In this document: positions 7,940 through 17,474 of the stretch, piece after piece
Position numbering within the stretch: the stretch's first letter is position 1
How the letters are laid out: each line of letters starts with the position of its first letter
DNA from: a virus
Lineage: Duplodnaviria; Caudoviricetes
Length of the DNA stretch: 41,520 bases
Virus record (IMG/VR): IMGVR_UViG_3300010052_000075
Coordinates: 1-41,520 of that record
Reading direction: 5' to 3' (one strand)
The notes under the pieces: model-generated
What the model was told of the DNA's origin: nothing
The model's database searches: none
What the model saw: the letters and a program-made list of their open reading frames with translations, nothing else
Translations under genes and position numbers: made by a program

Positions 7940-9193
7940 TTATGCCTGCTTGATAAAGCGCATGAACTCGGGGTTCTGGACGCCACCGCCGACGCGCTTC
8001 GTGGTGTAGAAGTGCACGAACGGCTTGTTGGTGAACGGATCGCGCAGCACGCGAATGCCGATGCGATCGATCACCAGGTAGGTCGCCTCCATGTCGCCGA
8101 ACAGGATCGAGACGAGGCCGGTCGTCATGTTCGGCATGCCCGGGACTTCAACGACCGGATAGCCAACCAGGGTCGACGGCTGGCCGGCGACATAGGTGGG
8201 CTGCCAGATGTAATTGCCCTGTCCATCCTTGAGTTTGCGCAGCTTGCCGAGGCTCGTCCGGTTGAGGAAGAACTTGGCATTCGCGTTCCGCTCGCTGGGG
8301 ATCGAGTAGACAAGGTCGATCACTTCATCGGTCGTCACCGCCGCAGCGCCGGCGACCGTGTTGCCCAGGATCGCGCCGAAGGGATGCTTTGCCGCGTTCG
8401 CGCCGCCCGTCACATAGGTCAGGATGCCGTCGGGCTTGTTCGTGCCGTTGCCACTCAGGAAGGCGACATTTTCCTGAATCGCGAACTCGCCTTCGACCTG
8501 ATCGGCAAGCCACTGCTCAAGATTGATCGCGACATCGTCGAGAGCGGTCTGCGTGATGGCCGGGTTGGCATAGATTTCGCCCGTATTGAACGCGAGCGAG
8601 GTAAGGCCCGGCGTGGCGGTTGCAGGCCGCGCCGCAGTTTCCCCGACCCAGCCCGACCCGATCACGCCGTCGTTGTAGACCCGGCTGAAGCCGTTGCCGC
8701 TGATCGTGATCACCTGGGCATTTTCGCGGATCGGCGAACGCTGCTTCAGCTTGTTCGTGATAGTGCGGTCCCACTCGACCGGCGCCAAATAGCCGCCGTC
8801 CGGAGCGGAGCCGACCGACATCGCCGCCGAAACATCGCCGCGGCGCATGTGCGCCTTGAACGCGGTGACATATTCCGGGTTCGTCGGCTCCATATCTCCA
8901 GGCGTGTTACCGCCCAGGCGTGCGGCCGCGATGAGCTTCGCCTGATCGTCGAGGGCGGCTTCGAGGCTCGACATGGTCTCGTTGAGCGTGGTCAACTTCT
9001 CGTTGAAGAGGACGTCGTCGACCTTCGCGGCGACCTGCTTTTCGTGCGTCGCCTTAAACTCTTCGAACGCGGTGTTGAGCTGCGCAATCAGCGCCCTAGG
9101 GTCGGTCGCGTCGGCGCGAACAATACCGATTACGCCGCGCGGACGCGCGAGGGCGGTTGCCGCGGCGAGCGCGGCAGGCTTGGTCATTTTCAT
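7940..9193 (-). CDS. HK97-fold major capsid protein
   Basis: Start re-called at ATG 9193 (AAGGA SD); coiled-coil delta domain, DGGYLAP, AFLSGNGTNKPDGIL, KLKDGQGNYIWQP, RVGGGV. Confidence 0.97.
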   Translation of the reverse strand: MKMTKPAALAAATALARPRGVIGIVRADATDPRALIAQLNTAFEEFKATHEKQVAAKVDDVLFNEKLTTLNETMSSLEAALDDQAKLIAAARLGGNTPGDMEPTNPEYVTAFKAHMRRGDVSAAMSVGSAPDGGYLAPVEWDRTITNKLKQRSPIRENAQVITISGNGFSRVYNDGVIGSGWVGETAARPATATPGLTSLAFNTGEIYANPAITQTALDDVAINLEQWLADQVEGEFAIQENVAFLSGNGTNKPDGILTYVTGGANAAKHPFGAILGNTVAGAAAVTTDEVIDLVYSIPSERNANAKFFLNRTSLGKLRKLKDGQGNYIWQPTYVAGQPSTLVGYPVVEVPGMPNMTTGLVSILFGDMEATYLVIDRIGIRVLRDPFTNKPFVHFYTTKRVGGGVQNPEFMRFIKQA

Positions 9194-9203
9194 GGGATTT
9201 TCC

Positions 9204-10088
9204 TTAGGCTTTGATGGTCGAGAGGAGGCCGGCCATGAGGCCCGCCAGTTCATGGTCGCCGCCTGCATCGCGCTCGGAGGCTGGGTCCGAGGCCGCATCT
9301 CGCTTGCCCCGGATGTTCTCTACGCAAGCGCGGGCCTGCTCGCGGGCCATTCCGCCCGCGATGAGGCCGCGCTCGGCTGCGCGGAGGTCGTTCAATTTCC
9401 GATCATTGGCCTTTGCATCCTCGTCGACCGTGATCTGATCGGCCGCGAGAAGGGCATCCGCGAAGCCGCGATCGACGGCCACGCTGCCCGACATATAGGT
9501 TTCCGCGTCCATCCAGCGGGCAACCGCCTTCGAATCCTGCCCGGTGCGGGCGGCGTAAACGTCGACCATGGCGGTATCGAAAGGCTCAAGCCACGCGGCG
9601 GTTTCCGCCATGTCATGGCGATTGCCGATCGTCACGACCCAGCAATTGTGGATCATGATGAAGGATGCTGTTCCGATCTCGATCGTGTCGCCTGCCATCG
9701 CAATAATCGATGCTGCCGATGCCGCCATGCCCATGATCTTGATCGTCACGTTCTGCGGATGCTCGCGCAGGATGTTATAGATCGCGATGCCTTCGAACAT
9801 GTCGCCGCCAGGCGAATTGAGATGCACCTCGACATCGCGATCGCCGATAGCGCGCAGCTGCGCCGCGACCTTCTTCGCCGTGATGCCGCCGCCCGACCAG
9901 AAATCCTCGCCGATGATGTCGAACATCGTGATCACATTGTCGCCGCCGCCAAGCGCGCGAACGCCGGCTGCCTCGTCGCCCCAGCGATCGAGGACATCGC
10001 TCTTCGTGAAGGCGGAGACGCGGCTTTCTGCCGGAAGAGGCATCGCGCCGGGGCGCGCCATCGCGTTGATACGAGGCTTAATCTTCAT
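9204..10088 (-). CDS. ClpP-type (S14) prohead protease
   Basis: LNSPGGDMFEGIAIYN, GMAASAASIIAMAGD, IMIHN, ETYM motifs; start re-called at 10088. Confidence 0.93.
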   Translation of the reverse strand: MKIKPRINAMARPGAMPLPAESRVSAFTKSDVLDRWGDEAAGVRALGGGDNVITMFDIIGEDFWSGGGITAKKVAAQLRAIGDRDVEVHLNSPGGDMFEGIAIYNILREHPQNVTIKIMGMAASAASIIAMAGDTIEIGTASFIMIHNCWVVTIGNRHDMAETAAWLEPFDTAMVDVYAARTGQDSKAVARWMDAETYMSGSVAVDRGFADALLAADQITVDEDAKANDRKLNDLRAAERGLIAGGMAREQARACVENIRGKRDAASDPASERDAGGDHELAGLMAGLLSTIKA

Positions 10089-11418
10089 CGACCTTGTCCT
10101 TTTTGGGCTTCGGCGGGGCCGGCGGCTTCTCGTCGGCAGAATCCTCTGCGATGCTCGCGGCAGTGGTCCCCGGGCGCGGAAGATAGTCGCCCTCCTCATC
10201 GGGATTCTGATCAAAGGCTTCGCGGACTTCGTTGGGCTTCATCCATGCGGCACCGCCGCCACTGCCGAGCGCCCTGGCGAAAAACTCACCCTGTTCCTTC
10301 ACTGATCCGCGGAGGAGGGCGCGTTCATTGAATTTTGCGTAGAGCATCGAGCCATCGGGCGCTTCCTGCTCGCTTTCGTCGAGCATTCGCCAGATTGCCT
10401 CCTCCCAGATGATGAACCAAACCATCAGGCAGTAAGTGACGAAATAGAGGCCGAGCTGCTCGATCCCGCTACCCCAGCTCGTCTCGTCGAACATCAGGAG
10501 AGGGCGCGGCACGCCGCTGAATCGAGACATTTCCTCCGCCTGAAGACGACGAAGTTCGGTAAGCTGCGAGTCTTTGGCCGAGGCGTTGAACGGCTTGGCC
10601 TTCAGCCCCTCTTCGAGCACCATCCAGCTGCCCGCACCGTCGGCGCCGGCATTATTCTCGGCCATGCTGGCCTTCAGTGTTTCGATCGCTTCGGCGCCCA
10701 GCGTTTCGTCAGTTTCCAGCGCCCCGCCGGCCATCATGCCCTTGGTCATGAGGTTTTCTGCGGCGCGCCGGGCATGATTTGCCAAGCCGATGGTGTCGGC
10801 AGCCACATCCTTCAGCGACAGGCCTTTGATGCCGTCGAGGGAAATGGGCGACCGGAAATGGAAGACTTCGCGCGATTGGAGCGTGACAGTCCCGCCTGAC
10901 GGCCGCGTATATTCGAAGACGAGCCGCGAATTGTCGTCGAGCTTCGGCTGTACCGAGCCGCGCTTCAGCGGCACGAGAGAGAGGATCTTTCCCCGCGCAC
11001 CGCGGACGATCAAGGCGTAAGCGCCGTGATCGAGCAGCGCCATCGTCTGCATCCAGCTCTTGAATTCGACCGGCGTCTGATACTCGTTAGGCTTGCGGTG
11101 CAGAACCTTGTAAAGCGGGTGCTTTCTTGCCTTTTCTGTCTTACCGGAAGCGTCTCGACGCATCAGGTGCAGCGGCAGCATGCCGATCGACCCCGAAATC
11201 AAATACAGAGAGCGATAGAAGACGCTGTTACGGACAGCGATGCGATCGGCAACGGTGCCTGCTCCGCCGCCGAGCTCGGCCCGCATGAACTCGAGGAGCA
11301 TCGGATCCGAAAGCTCATAGGTGGTATAGGCCGCGACCGGAATAGTCGGTGGGCCGCTGGGCTTAGGCGCTTCGGCCGCCGCCGCAGAACGACCCAGAAG
11401 GCGGTCAAAAATGCTCAT
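10078..11418 (-). CDS. HK97 family portal protein
   Basis: HPLYKVLHRKPNEYQT, VFHFR...DGIKGLS, FSGVP, WMKPNEVR. Confidence 0.95.
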   Translation of the reverse strand: MSIFDRLLGRSAAAAEAPKPSGPPTIPVAAYTTYELSDPMLLEFMRAELGGGAGTVADRIAVRNSVFYRSLYLISGSIGMLPLHLMRRDASGKTEKARKHPLYKVLHRKPNEYQTPVEFKSWMQTMALLDHGAYALIVRGARGKILSLVPLKRGSVQPKLDDNSRLVFEYTRPSGGTVTLQSREVFHFRSPISLDGIKGLSLKDVAADTIGLANHARRAAENLMTKGMMAGGALETDETLGAEAIETLKASMAENNAGADGAGSWMVLEEGLKAKPFNASAKDSQLTELRRLQAEEMSRFSGVPRPLLMFDETSWGSGIEQLGLYFVTYCLMVWFIIWEEAIWRMLDESEQEAPDGSMLYAKFNERALLRGSVKEQGEFFARALGSGGGAAWMKPNEVREAFDQNPDEEGDYLPRPGTTAASIAEDSADEKPPAPPKPKKDKVDED

Positions 11419-11428
11419 CCGCCCTCCT

Positions 11429-13237
11429 TCAAACTCTGAGCACGCCTCTCGAGGCGTAAACCGATTTCTTCTTCGGCTTTTCGTTCGCGGTGGCGCCGCC
11501 GACGCTCATCGTCACCGTGACCATGCCGTCGATGCGGCCGCGCGAGCGCTTCTTGTTGAACATGCGGTTCCCGAGGCCATCGGCCTCGACGACTGCATTC
11601 GCTGCGCAACTGTAGGTCACGGGCGAGGAATCGATCAGGATCTTGCCTTCGAGGATCCGATCCTCGGTGCGCGTGATCGAGTGCGGCATGCAAAGTTGCC
11701 GATCCTCGAAGACGATGCGCTGCCCCTGCGCGTGCTTGATGATCTTCAGGCCGCGGCCCTCTGGCTTCCCGGGTCCGTCGTAAATCCAATATTCGAGCCC
11801 GACTTCGTCGCAAGCGTCAGTGAACGCGGTCAGGAAGGCGGCGTCGACGAGCAGCGCCTCGACGTCATGCTCGGCGCAGAATTCGAGAAGCCACTGCGCA
11901 ACATAGGTGTAATCGATCGTCGGGCCCGGCGTCGCCGTGAGATAGCCGTCCTCAACCCAATCCAGATACGGTGCCTTGTCGGCATCGGCCCGATCTTCGA
12001 GCCCCTCGCGCGCCGTCCAGTACCAGCTCTTGACCGCGAGAAGATCGTCCAGCTCCCAAGCGGCCGACGCCGCGGTGAGGTCGTTCTTCTGCGCAAGGTC
12101 GAGCGAAACCCAGCATTTCCGGCCTTTCATAGCGCGGCTGTCGACCGCGCCCTGGACTGCCGACCATTTTTCCTCGCTTACCCAGAAGTCAGCGGAGGCC
12201 GTATCGATCCCGAAATAGAGCCGCTTCACGCTCGATTTTGTGGACGGGCGAAGCTTGGCCGAGTTCACCGTCTCGCGGATATTCTCGATCGGGAAGGTTT
12301 CGCCGAGCGCGGGGAGCGACTTCTGCCAGCACTTTTCGTTCTCGAAGACCGTCTCGCGATCAGCCTTATCGATCCGGGCGATGAAAGCGAACGCGGTGTC
12401 GTCGCGGACGTCGCCTTTGACGATCGCCTGATTCATGTCGGAATAGGACGTACCGACATGCTGCGTCGTCGCCGGCGTGTTGGTGCCGAGCAGCATCAGC
12501 GCATTGCCGGCGACCTTGTCGATCGCCGCCTTCCACGTGAGCAACGACGATTCCGTCTTGAACTCGTGGATCTCGTCGCCCGCGACATAGGAAGGGCGAG
12601 GGCCGGACTGAGATTCGCCGCTGGCGATCGGCATGAAGAAAGAGCCGCTATCGGGGTGCTCGATCTTCCACGCGTTTTCATGTTCGCCGCGGATGAGTAC
12701 CTCGCCGAGGCCTTCGAGGCTCTCGCCCTCCTCCATGCCCGGGACGTCGGCGCGGCACATAGCTGCAGCATCGCGAAACAGGACGTTGGCCGTCGCCTTG
12801 TCTTCGCCGATCGCGTAGCACTGCGCGCGGGCGATATCGCACCATCCCATGATATAGATGCCGATGGCACCCATGAGCGGCGATTTTGCTTGGCCTTTCC
12901 CGGTTTCGAGCCAGCCGGTGCGGAAGCGCCAGCGGTTCGTTGCCGTGCGCCAGCCGAAGAGCGAGCCTCCGACGAAAGTATGCCACTCCAGCGGATAGAA
13001 GGGCTCACCGGCCGCGGGGCCGTCCGTGACCTGAAACACCGACGGCAGAAAATTCAGGAAGTGCGCCGCTTCGTCGGGCCGCCAATAGATCCCGCGAGCC
13101 TCGCCGTCGCGGATATCGCGAAGATGGCGCTCGGCGGCGTGCCGTACCAGCTCGCCGGCCGTGAACAGCTTCCCCTCGACGCAGGCTTTCGCCCAGGCGG
13201 TCGTCGGATCGGGATCCGACAGGAACCTATTTGCCAC
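11429..13237 (-). CDS. Terminase large subunit
   Basis: Walker A ETGKGQAKS, Walker B GDEIHE, nuclease LDLAQKNDLTA and RIDGMV. Confidence 0.95.
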   Translation of the reverse strand: MANRFLSDPDPTTAWAKACVEGKLFTAGELVRHAAERHLRDIRDGEARGIYWRPDEAAHFLNFLPSVFQVTDGPAAGEPFYPLEWHTFVGGSLFGWRTATNRWRFRTGWLETGKGQAKSPLMGAIGIYIMGWCDIARAQCYAIGEDKATANVLFRDAAAMCRADVPGMEEGESLEGLGEVLIRGEHENAWKIEHPDSGSFFMPIASGESQSGPRPSYVAGDEIHEFKTESSLLTWKAAIDKVAGNALMLLGTNTPATTQHVGTSYSDMNQAIVKGDVRDDTAFAFIARIDKADRETVFENEKCWQKSLPALGETFPIENIRETVNSAKLRPSTKSSVKRLYFGIDTASADFWVSEEKWSAVQGAVDSRAMKGRKCWVSLDLAQKNDLTAASAAWELDDLLAVKSWYWTAREGLEDRADADKAPYLDWVEDGYLTATPGPTIDYTYVAQWLLEFCAEHDVEALLVDAAFLTAFTDACDEVGLEYWIYDGPGKPEGRGLKIIKHAQGQRIVFEDRQLCMPHSITRTEDRILEGKILIDSSPVTYSCAANAVVEADGLGNRMFNKKRSRGRIDGMVTVTMSVGGATANEKPKKKSVYASRGVLRV

Positions 13238-13658
13238 GCTTCAGATACCCGCCGCCGGCCGTTGACCGCGTCGCCTTCCGTTCGACTTTCGCGCCGGCAC
13301 CGCGTTCGCGCGGCGTGATGCAAAGTTGCTTTTCCAGCGCCTCGGCCTGGCTGCTGGCGTTGCTCATCGTGGTCCACCAAGGGTTGTACGTCGGCACCCC
13401 GGTTTTCTTCGCCTTGATGACGGGCCCCAACTTCAACACCTCGCGGGCGCTCATGTCATAGGTGACATATGCGACGACGAGCCTGGTGATGGCGTGGGCA
13501 TTCGCGACGGCAAGCTTTTCGGCTGCGCGCATCTCACTGATGATGTTGCGCCAATAAGCGGCGGCAGCCGCGCGGTCGGCTGCTCGCCCGAAGATGTTTC
13601 GCCAATTGGGTTCGGGCGGAACTCCTTCGCCGCCTTGGATTTCAACCAAGTCGGCCAT
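13227..13658 (-). CDS. Terminase small subunit (P27 family)
   Basis: NPWW...LEKQLCITPRER motif; directly upstream of terL. Confidence 0.88.
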   Translation of the reverse strand: MADLVEIQGGEGVPPEPNWRNIFGRAADRAAAAAYWRNIISEMRAAEKLAVANAHAITRLVVAYVTYDMSAREVLKLGPVIKAKKTGVPTYNPWWTTMSNASSQAEALEKQLCITPRERGAGAKVERKATRSTAGGGYLKRGK

Positions 13659-13679
13659 CGGGGGTCTCCAGCGGGGGCG

Positions 13680-13795
13680 GGCGGAAACCCTCCCCCCTCA
13701 AAAATTGCTCTCAGCGCGTACGCAGGGGCCGTTAGGTGTCCGTCAGGCGCGGCTCTCAGACTTTTGACCCGGGGGGTGGGCCCTCGCGCCGCCGG
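13680..13795 (-). other. Probable cos packaging site region
   Basis: Between HNH region and terS; CCCCCCGGGTCAAAAGTCT ... GGACACCTAACGGCCCC ... AATTTTTGAGGGGGG layout resembles 3'-cos regions of HK97-like phages; exact cut site not determinable. Confidence 0.55.
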
Positions 13796-13944
13796 CGGTC
13801 GCGCTCGATCGCGCGCATGACGGTGATGATCGTAGCCCCAACGATGAAGGTCGAGCCTTGCTGGGCGGCGCCGTGCCACAACAGCACGGCACCTCCGACG
13901 AACAGCATCAATTCCATCGACCAGCCAACCACCCATTGCGACAT
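13756..13944 (-). CDS. Small membrane protein (two hydrophobic segments, basic tail)
   Basis: 62 aa, AGGAG SD; LMLFVGGAVLLW and FIVGATIITVM then RDRRRR. Confidence 0.55.
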   Translation of the reverse strand: MSQWVVGWSMELMLFVGGAVLLWHGAAQQGSTFIVGATIITVMRAIERDRRRREGPPPGSKV

Positions 13945-13947
13945 AGC

Positions 13948-14250
13948 TCAGCTCCTATTCCAAGGATGGTCCGGACTGGTCGGCCTGCCATCACGCCCGA
14001 CGCCGCGACCTTGGACCGGCGCGGCGTGATCGAACTGCACTGCGGTCACCTCGGCGTGGCATGGGACGCACAGGTTGCGCGTGTTGTCGTCGACATCCTC
14101 GCCGCCCAGGGCGAGCGGCTTGATATGGTCGACGCGAGTAGCGAGCCGAGTGATGCCGCGATCGAGGCAATGCTCGCATAGGCCATCGGTGCGGGCGAGG
14201 CGTCGGGCCCGGAGCTTCTGCCCCGCGCGCCCGCGTATGCGCTCGCCCAT
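13948..14250 (-). CDS. HNH endonuclease (HK97 gp74-like terminase cofactor)
   Basis: CEHC...VDHIKPL..GG.D...N.RNLCVPCH next to cos/terS. Confidence 0.92.
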   Translation of the reverse strand: MGERIRGRAGQKLRARRLARTDGLCEHCLDRGITRLATRVDHIKPLALGGEDVDDNTRNLCVPCHAEVTAVQFDHAAPVQGRGVGRDGRPTSPDHPWNRS

Positions 14251-14253
14251 CGA

Positions 14254-14496
14254 TCAGCGCGGCGTGTGCGAGAAGCGGATCCGCTCCAGCATAGCAGCCG
14301 TATAAGCGACATCGGCATCGGCAGGGTTGAGCGTCTGAGCCTTGCGCAGTGCAGAAAGCACAGCCTCAAGCTCGGGCATGGTAACGAGGTCGATCAGTGC
14401 AGCGCGCGCAGCTTCGGCGTCCGATGCCGCAGCCCGGGCCAGAAGGGCTCGGGCTGCATTGATCTCATCAGCGGTGGGCTGAGCAGCGTCGGTCAT
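14254..14496 (-). CDS. Hypothetical protein (first late gene)
   Basis: 80 aa, AGGGG SD. Confidence 0.55.
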   Translation of the reverse strand: MTDAAQPTADEINAARALLARAAASDAEAARAALIDLVTMPELEAVLSALRKAQTLNPADADVAYTAAMLERIRFSHTPR

Positions 14497-14682
14497 GACG
14501 TTCCCCTATCGATATATGGAATTGCGTTGCACACCGACGGAAGCGGGACTTCCTGCGTTTGGTGCGAGGGCGCCGAAGCGTATCCTACTTAGCTCGCGTG
14601 GCTGCTAGGGCAGCGGTCCAGACACTACATATGGTGTCTTTAACCCTCCCCCTATGACATGACCGATTCGCGTGCGCAATAG
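14497..14682 (-). promoter_or_regulatory. Putative late promoter and structured leader
   Basis: TTGCGC-17 nt-CATAGG followed by short hairpins AGACAC/GTGTCT, GCTGC/GCAGC, CGC-TTCG-GCG, GGAAG/CTTCC. Confidence 0.45.
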
Positions 14683-15225
14683 TCATGCTGCGGCCCGGAG
14701 CAATTGGGCCTGCACCTCTTCGAGCAGAAGCATGCTGGCGAACCGGATCGGCTGCGAAAAGCCTGGGATGTCAACCCAGGTATATCGTCCGCGCCCCGCC
14801 TTCACGACGCCGGTCAGTCCTGCCCATGCGCCGTCGGCAACGCGCACCGCCGCGCCCTCCTTATAGTGTCGGCCCGCTTTGGGCGGGATGGCCCGTCGCT
14901 CGGCAACGCGCAGGGCGTCAAGGCTGCGGTCGGATATAGTCGGCACCTTGCCTGCCCAACGCGCAATCTGGAATTTCGGATGGTCGGTCGCCGGGTTGCT
15001 CGCTTCGGCGAAGAGCGCGAGAATCTGGCTGGCGCGAGCGAACACATAAGACGGCATGATCGGCACGGTAATCTCGCGGCGGTCTTTCGACCTCGGCAGG
15101 CGCTTGGTCACCGTTTTCACAGGGGTCCACACCTCGAACCCCGCCTTACGAAGGCTGGCTGCAAGGGCGATTGTGCGCTGACTTCCGACGCGCAGGATGC
15201 ACCAATGATCAATCAAGTTCGTCAC
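14683..15225 (-). CDS. NusG-family (RfaH/LoaP/UpxY-like) transcription antiterminator
   Basis: NGN domain WCILRV...GFEVWTP...PIMPSYVF and KOW motif GAAVRVADGAWAGLTGVV. Confidence 0.88.
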   Translation of the reverse strand: MTNLIDHWCILRVGSQRTIALAASLRKAGFEVWTPVKTVTKRLPRSKDRREITVPIMPSYVFARASQILALFAEASNPATDHPKFQIARWAGKVPTISDRSLDALRVAERRAIPPKAGRHYKEGAAVRVADGAWAGLTGVVKAGRGRYTWVDIPGFSQPIRFASMLLLEEVQAQLLRAAA

Positions 15226-15872
15226 GCTGTCGCCTTTTCCACTGAATCACCTTTTGTTCCACATGAAACATCGGCGCGCACGCGATACGCGCCATCGTCA
15301 TGCCGGCGCAGGAAGCCGCGCTCGGCGCCGATCTCGCGCATGCGCGGCGGCAGCGCATCGATAGCGGCCTGATCCAGCTCCCGCCGCTCCAGCGCGCGCA
15401 TGATGTCGTCAAAGCGCGCCTGGCGCTCGGCGCGCACCATCCGCGTCGCGGACGCCTGCCGCTGCACTGCCCCGTCGTTGCGCTTCCACCCGGCGAGGAT
15501 GTCGAGGCACTGCTTCGGGCTCGGAAACCAGTCGAGGGTCGTGATTGCCCTCTCGACCATGTAGGCGATAGCCTCGCGAGGATAATGACCGATCACGCGG
15601 CGCAGCACTGCCGACCGCAGCTTACCTGTATCGTCATCGTCGACGCGGCTGTTCATGGTCGACAGCGTGCGCATCAGCTTCGCAAACTCTTCGGCATCAC
15701 AGGGGAGCGGCGTCGGGAGCGGCGATTCTGCGATGATCGTCAGTTCTCGGAGACGCTGATCGTCTAGCCTGATGCTCGGCAAGCTCATCGTCGAGGGCTC
15801 GCTGAAAGCCGCTCCGCTTGTCGCGTCCGCCCGAATATCCGGGAGCGCCTTGCCGATTGCTGCCGTGCCCAT
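15222..15872 (-). CDS. Replication protein, helicase loader/inhibitor-like
   Basis: DWFPSPKQCL motif like lambda P/G39P-type proteins; overlaps initiator 3' end; start uncertain. Confidence 0.55.
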   Translation of the reverse strand: MGTAAIGKALPDIRADATSGAAFSEPSTMSLPSIRLDDQRLRELTIIAESPLPTPLPCDAEEFAKLMRTLSTMNSRVDDDDTGKLRSAVLRRVIGHYPREAIAYMVERAITTLDWFPSPKQCLDILAGWKRNDGAVQRQASATRMVRAERQARFDDIMRALERRELDQAAIDALPPRMREIGAERGFLRRHDDGAYRVRADVSCGTKGDSVEKATA

Positions 15873-16395
15873 TGCCGTTTGCCGCCTTCATCTCGTCTGT
15901 TTCGAAAACCGTTACCCAGCCACGCTCGACGGCGTGCGCCACGATCGGCCCCGGTGGCCAACCATCGCGGGCCCAGCCATCCAGCTTCTCGACGATCAGT
16001 AGGTGTGCGCCGGCACTGAGCGCCGCCCGCTTCTTCTTCCGATTGTCGATCAGACCTTGCCAGTGGATCGGCTCAACCCCGTCAGGGCAGGGGAATGGAT
16101 CTTGCTTCCGGCGTCGCGCGCCTTCTGCCGAACCGTTAGGTTCGGTAGAAGCGGGTTGGGGGTTAGAATATATATCATTGGGGGAAGGGGTAACGGGCGG
16201 TAACGCGTTACCGGCGTTATCGGTCGTTACCTTGCGCTTGGCTTTGAACCGGCGCTGCCTCTCGGCGTTATTCGCACGCTTTCCTTCCTTGCGCGCCTCA
16301 ACATCGACCATGTCGGCCTTGACGGCAGCAACAATCATTTCCGCGCTGGCGCCGGCGGCGAGGAGGGCGTCAAGGATGGCAGGCGTCAGGCTCAC
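15697..16395 (-). CDS. Phage replication initiator (O-like)
   Basis: NAERQRRFK helix followed by VT/NA iteron-encoded linker; C-terminal W..LIDNRKKKRAALS...GW.TVF. Confidence 0.72.
   Translation of the reverse strand: MSLTPAILDALLAAGASAEMIVAAVKADMVDVEARKEGKRANNAERQRRFKAKRKVTTDNAGNALPPVTPSPNDIYSNPQPASTEPNGSAEGARRRKQDPFPCPDGVEPIHWQGLIDNRKKKRAALSAGAHLLIVEKLDGWARDGWPPGPIVAHAVERGWVTVFETDEMKAANGNGHGSNRQGAPGYSGGRDKRSGFQRALDDELAEHQARRSASPRTDDHRRIAAPDAAPL
16165..16271. repeat. Putative phage replication origin (GTAACG iterons + AT-rich tract)
   Basis: GGTAACG 16189 and 16199, CGTTACC 16206 and 16225, CGTTAT 16215 and 16266; perfect palindrome GGTAACGCGTTACC 16199-16212; TAGAATATATATCATT beside it. 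Confidence 0.7.
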
Positions 16396-16829
16396 GCACC
16401 CGCCCTCAGTACTGCGATATCAATGGCGGACAGCAGGAACCATTCGCCCACAACTCGCTTGTCGGAGAACAGGGCGTGCAGCCGCTGTTCCTCGCGCTCT
16501 GTGCCGGTTAGGGTCATCTCGATCCGCAACTTTACAGGGTTTCCCGTCTGAAGAGCGCGCAGGCGCTTTCCTACGGGGCCGCGTGTATACCCGATCTTGT
16601 AATGCCCTGCGGCGCCCTCGATTACATAGATGGTCCCGACCGTGTTGCAGCGCTCCGAGCGCGGCCTCTTTCCGCCGCCGCGATACATTTGCACCGTAGC
16701 GGTCGCGGCATCGATGCGGGCGCGATGCACTGCCGTGCGCGGCCCCGACCGGCCGAGGCACGCCACTCCTGACGCCACCCCACAGGCCGGACAGGCCACC
16801 TGCAACGCTTTTGATCTTGCTCCGCTCAT
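16392..16829 (-). CDS. Zinc-finger + GIY-YIG (T5orf172/MUG113-like) nuclease
   Basis: CPAC...C...VHRAR then IYVI...YKIGYT...RLRALQTGNP...EQRLHALF...GEWF. Confidence 0.85.
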   Translation of the reverse strand: MSGARSKALQVACPACGVASGVACLGRSGPRTAVHRARIDAATATVQMYRGGGKRPRSERCNTVGTIYVIEGAAGHYKIGYTRGPVGKRLRALQTGNPVKLRIEMTLTGTEREEQRLHALFSDKRVVGEWFLLSAIDIAVLRAGA

Positions 16830-16856
16830 AGATGCCCCTCCCATGAATTTCGGGTC

Positions 16857-16885
16857 ATCCTAACGTTATTGGGGCTGAGTATCAT
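16857..16885 (-). promoter_or_regulatory. Putative sigma70 promoter of GIY-YIG gene
   Basis: ATGATA-17 nt-TAGGAT in an AT-rich gap. Confidence 0.45.
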
Positions 16886-16887
16886 AA

Positions 16888-17133
16888 TCACCGCAGCGGG
16901 TCCGCCAGCTCCGGCCGGCCGATCTTCTCCGCAAGCGCAATGGTGGTTTCGCGGATCTTGGCGCGCTCGCGATCGTGGCGTACGATATAGCCGCCCCGGC
17001 CGGCCTCGGCGCAGGTGATGGGCGGCGGCGTTACGAGGGCCTCGCCCTGCGCAAGAATAACGATCTCCGCCCCAGCCTCGGGCTCGACGAACTTAACCGC
17101 CGCTGGCCGGCCGAAGAGACGGCTCCAAATCAT
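16888..17133 (-). CDS. Hypothetical protein
   Basis: 81 aa, ATGA coupled. Confidence 0.6.
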   Translation of the reverse strand: MIWSRLFGRPAAVKFVEPEAGAEIVILAQGEALVTPPPITCAEAGRGGYIVRHDRERAKIRETTIALAEKIGRPELADPLR

Positions 17134-17474
17134 GCTTCCATCCTCTCTGTCCGCTCGTGCTGCTGAGGGACGCCGGTCGCCGCATATCGGCGGGCGTCGG
17201 TTTCGATCTGCCGCTCAACGACCGCGCGAGCCTCGGCGGCCGGAAGGCCTTTGCTGTTCGTCAGGTGGCGATAGGCGTCGCGATAGCCGGGCGGGCACCA
17301 AGCGAGCTGATTGGCGCGGGCCCAGGCGCGGAACGATGCCGCGGCCTTCGCGCGCGCTTCTGGCGTCCAGGCGAGGTCGAGGGCGTGGCGCCGGCAAAGG
17401 CCGCTGACGTTCCGGCCGCGCCGGTCGAGCGCGGTGGTGCAGCCGGGGGCGGTGCAGGTGGGGACGCTGATCAT
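17130..17474 (-). CDS. Hypothetical protein with CxxxxC...CxxH zinc motif
   Basis: 114 aa, ATGA coupled on both sides. Confidence 0.65.
   Translation of the reverse strand: MISVPTCTAPGCTTALDRRGRNVSGLCRRHALDLAWTPEARAKAAASFRAWARANQLAWCPPGYRDAYRHLTNSKGLPAAEARAVVERQIETDARRYAATGVPQQHERTERMEA

Noticed and set aside
12875-12915. Terminase Walker A GQAKS as an inactivating change
   Set aside because: Lys-Ser retained and all other motifs intact; likely natural variation
7898-13318. Long plus-strand ORFs (438, 452, 635 aa) over capsid, protease and terminase
   Set aside because: Antisense shadows without motifs, unlike the same-strand, motif-bearing overlap in the MTase
13756-13944. Holin call
   Set aside because: Topology is compatible, but there is no endolysin or spanin nearby; lysis genes probably lie outside the window
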